Assembly: GCA_964016885.1 (NCBI GenBank)
Contig: OZ024764.1
Span: 20,894,001-20,958,000 of the forward strand
Length of the DNA stretch: 64,000 nt
Direction: 5' to 3'
Source: Eledone cirrhosa
Taxonomy: Eukaryota
How positions within the stretch are numbered: the first letter of the stretch is position 1; every line of letters begins with the position of its first letter. Below the pieces are notes generated by a model. It saw nothing but the letters and a program-made list of their open reading frames with translations, was not told the DNA's origin and made no database searches. Positions 62,273-64,000 of the stretch are shown piece by piece. Made by a program: the position numbers and the translations under genes.

Positions 62273-62437
62273 TGAGGTTGTGAGTTCGATTCCTGGACCA
62301 GGCGATGCGTTATGACGTTGAGCAAGACACTTTATTTCACGTTGTTCCTTCTACCTGGAGTTGCGACCGATAGTACGAGCAATTGGAAAGACCAATGGAA
62401 ACATTGCTTCCTCGGTCCGATTTGACGAAAGTCGATC
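62273..62437 (+). mobile_element. 5'-truncated CORE-type SINE (inverted duplicate of 34411-34575)
   Basis: Same truncation point and same flanks. Confidence 0.8.
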
Positions 62438-62472
62438 GTTCCTTCATATATATATATATATATATACACACA

Positions 62473-64000
62473 CTGTGGTACCTTGACTTATGAGTTTAAT
62501 TTGTTCCGTGGAGGACCTCATAACTTAAATTACTCATATGTCAAATCAATTTTCCCCACTGAAATAAAATAAATGCCGTTAATCCGTTCCAGACCCCCCA
62601 AAAACCACAGTTTGTTTTGTGACGTGTTTTTAAATAAGAAAAATGTACTTATAAATAACAAATATTGTATATAAAAAACAATACAATAGAATGTACTACA
62701 ATAAACTGGTTTTATTAAGTATAATGTACAGCATCTATCTTGGAGATCAGACGACTTGAGGATGTTGACGGAGGAGAAAGGATGAACTGAATAACTGAAT
62801 CTTATTCGCTGATTTTTGCCCTTTTCGCCACGCTTTCCTCACTTTTATCTGCAGGGATTTTCAATAAAAACCTGTCTAATAAGGTTTGTTTCATCTCACT
62901 TGTTGAGATAACCTCCTCTGTGTCACCTATTTCCTGCAAAAACTCCGTGTGTTGCTGTGTCTGTAGCTCCTTTAATTCCTTCGTTGTCATCTCCTCGGAG
63001 TGCTCCTCGATGAGCTCGTTGATGTCACCTTCATCCATGTCCAGGCCCATGGACTTACCGAGGGGTACAATCTCCTCCACCACTGCCGCTTCGGGTTCGA
63101 GTCTTTCAAAGTCTGTTTTAGACACAACCTCAGGCCACAGCTTCTTCCATGTAGAGGTCAAGGTCCTCTTTGTAAGACCCTGCCAGTTCATATCGATAAT
63201 TCTGAGGCATATCACGATGTTATAATGGTCCTTCCAGACCTCTCAAGGGTGAGGTTTGTGCTCCCCGTCACTTCAAAGCAGCGACTGAACAGGTGCTTAG
63301 TGAAGAGCTTCTTGAAATTAGAAAGTACCTGCTGGTCCTTGGGTTGTAGGATAGGGGTGGTGTTTGGTGGAAGGTAGAGGACCTTTATAAACTTGAACTC
63401 TTCGAGGTTAGGTGGATGAGCAGTTGCACTGTCTAGGACAAGAAGGGTTTACAGGGGTAGGTTATTTTCCTGGAGATATTTTTTAACGTCAGGACCAAAG
63501 ACCAAATTCACCCACTCCACAAAGAACTACCTGGTGACCCATGACCTCGGGTTTGCCCTCCACAAAACCTGCAGTTTTTCTTTCAGAATCTTATGTGACT
63601 TAAAGGTTCTGGAGTTTTCTGAATGATAAACGAGCGGCAACTTAATCTTACACTCGCCGCTCAGTGGCACACAGTGCGAGGGTTAGCCTATCCTTCATGG
63701 GTTTGTGGCGAGGCATCCTCTTCTCCTCTGCCATTATATAAGTCCTCCTTGGCATCTTCTTCCAAAAAAGTCCTGTTTCATCACAGTTAAAGACTTGCTG
63801 AGGGATGTATCCTTTGGCTGCTATAATTCAGGCAAAGGTTTTGAGGTAATCCTCAGCTGCCTTCATATCCGCGCTCGCTGCCTCACCATTCCTGACAACG
63901 GAGTGAATGCCGGCCCTCTTTTTAAAATTCTCAAACCAACCCCGACTGGCATTAAAGGGCTTGCCGATGCCTCGTCCGTAGAAGTACCTGGGGTTTGCTG
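62473..64000 (-). mobile_element. Tigger/pogo transposon (runs off the window)
   Basis: TIR at 62473. FNASRGWFENFKKRAGIHS and VFNCDETGLFWKKMP are present here, and part of this is deleted in the 32801 copy. Confidence 0.9.

Overview
Eukaryotic, AT-rich and intron-containing sequence; no prokaryotic features are present. The [17 protein letters not shown] finger style and the SINE/RTE repeat set suggest a cephalopod such as Octopus (inference). The window holds a tandem segmental-duplication array of four 15-19 kb units starting near 2015, 17904, 36494 and 51225. Each unit has a motif-rich promoter with a short non-coding exon 1, then an intron carrying a decayed CRE-type retroelement, MITEs, an RTE relic and a 39-bp minisatellite. 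Units 1-3 continue into a single coding exon for an effector-less C2H2 zinc-finger protein (9, 9 and 16 fingers) and a downstream relic ZNF exon. Unit 4 is cut at about 57291, before its ZNF exon, and is joined to an inverted, near-full-length CR1-type LINE whose 3' half is also present at 1-2016. Other elements are RTE LINEs, CORE-type tRNA SINEs, an RTE-tailed retroposon, and Tigger, hAT, piggyBac-like and Helitron relics. The most notable observations are a candidate -1 frameshift signal with a 15-bp stem between LINE ORF1 and ORF2, finger-cassette shuffling among the ZNF paralogs, an orphaned ZNF promoter pointing antisense into the LINE, and splice-signal-like minisatellites.
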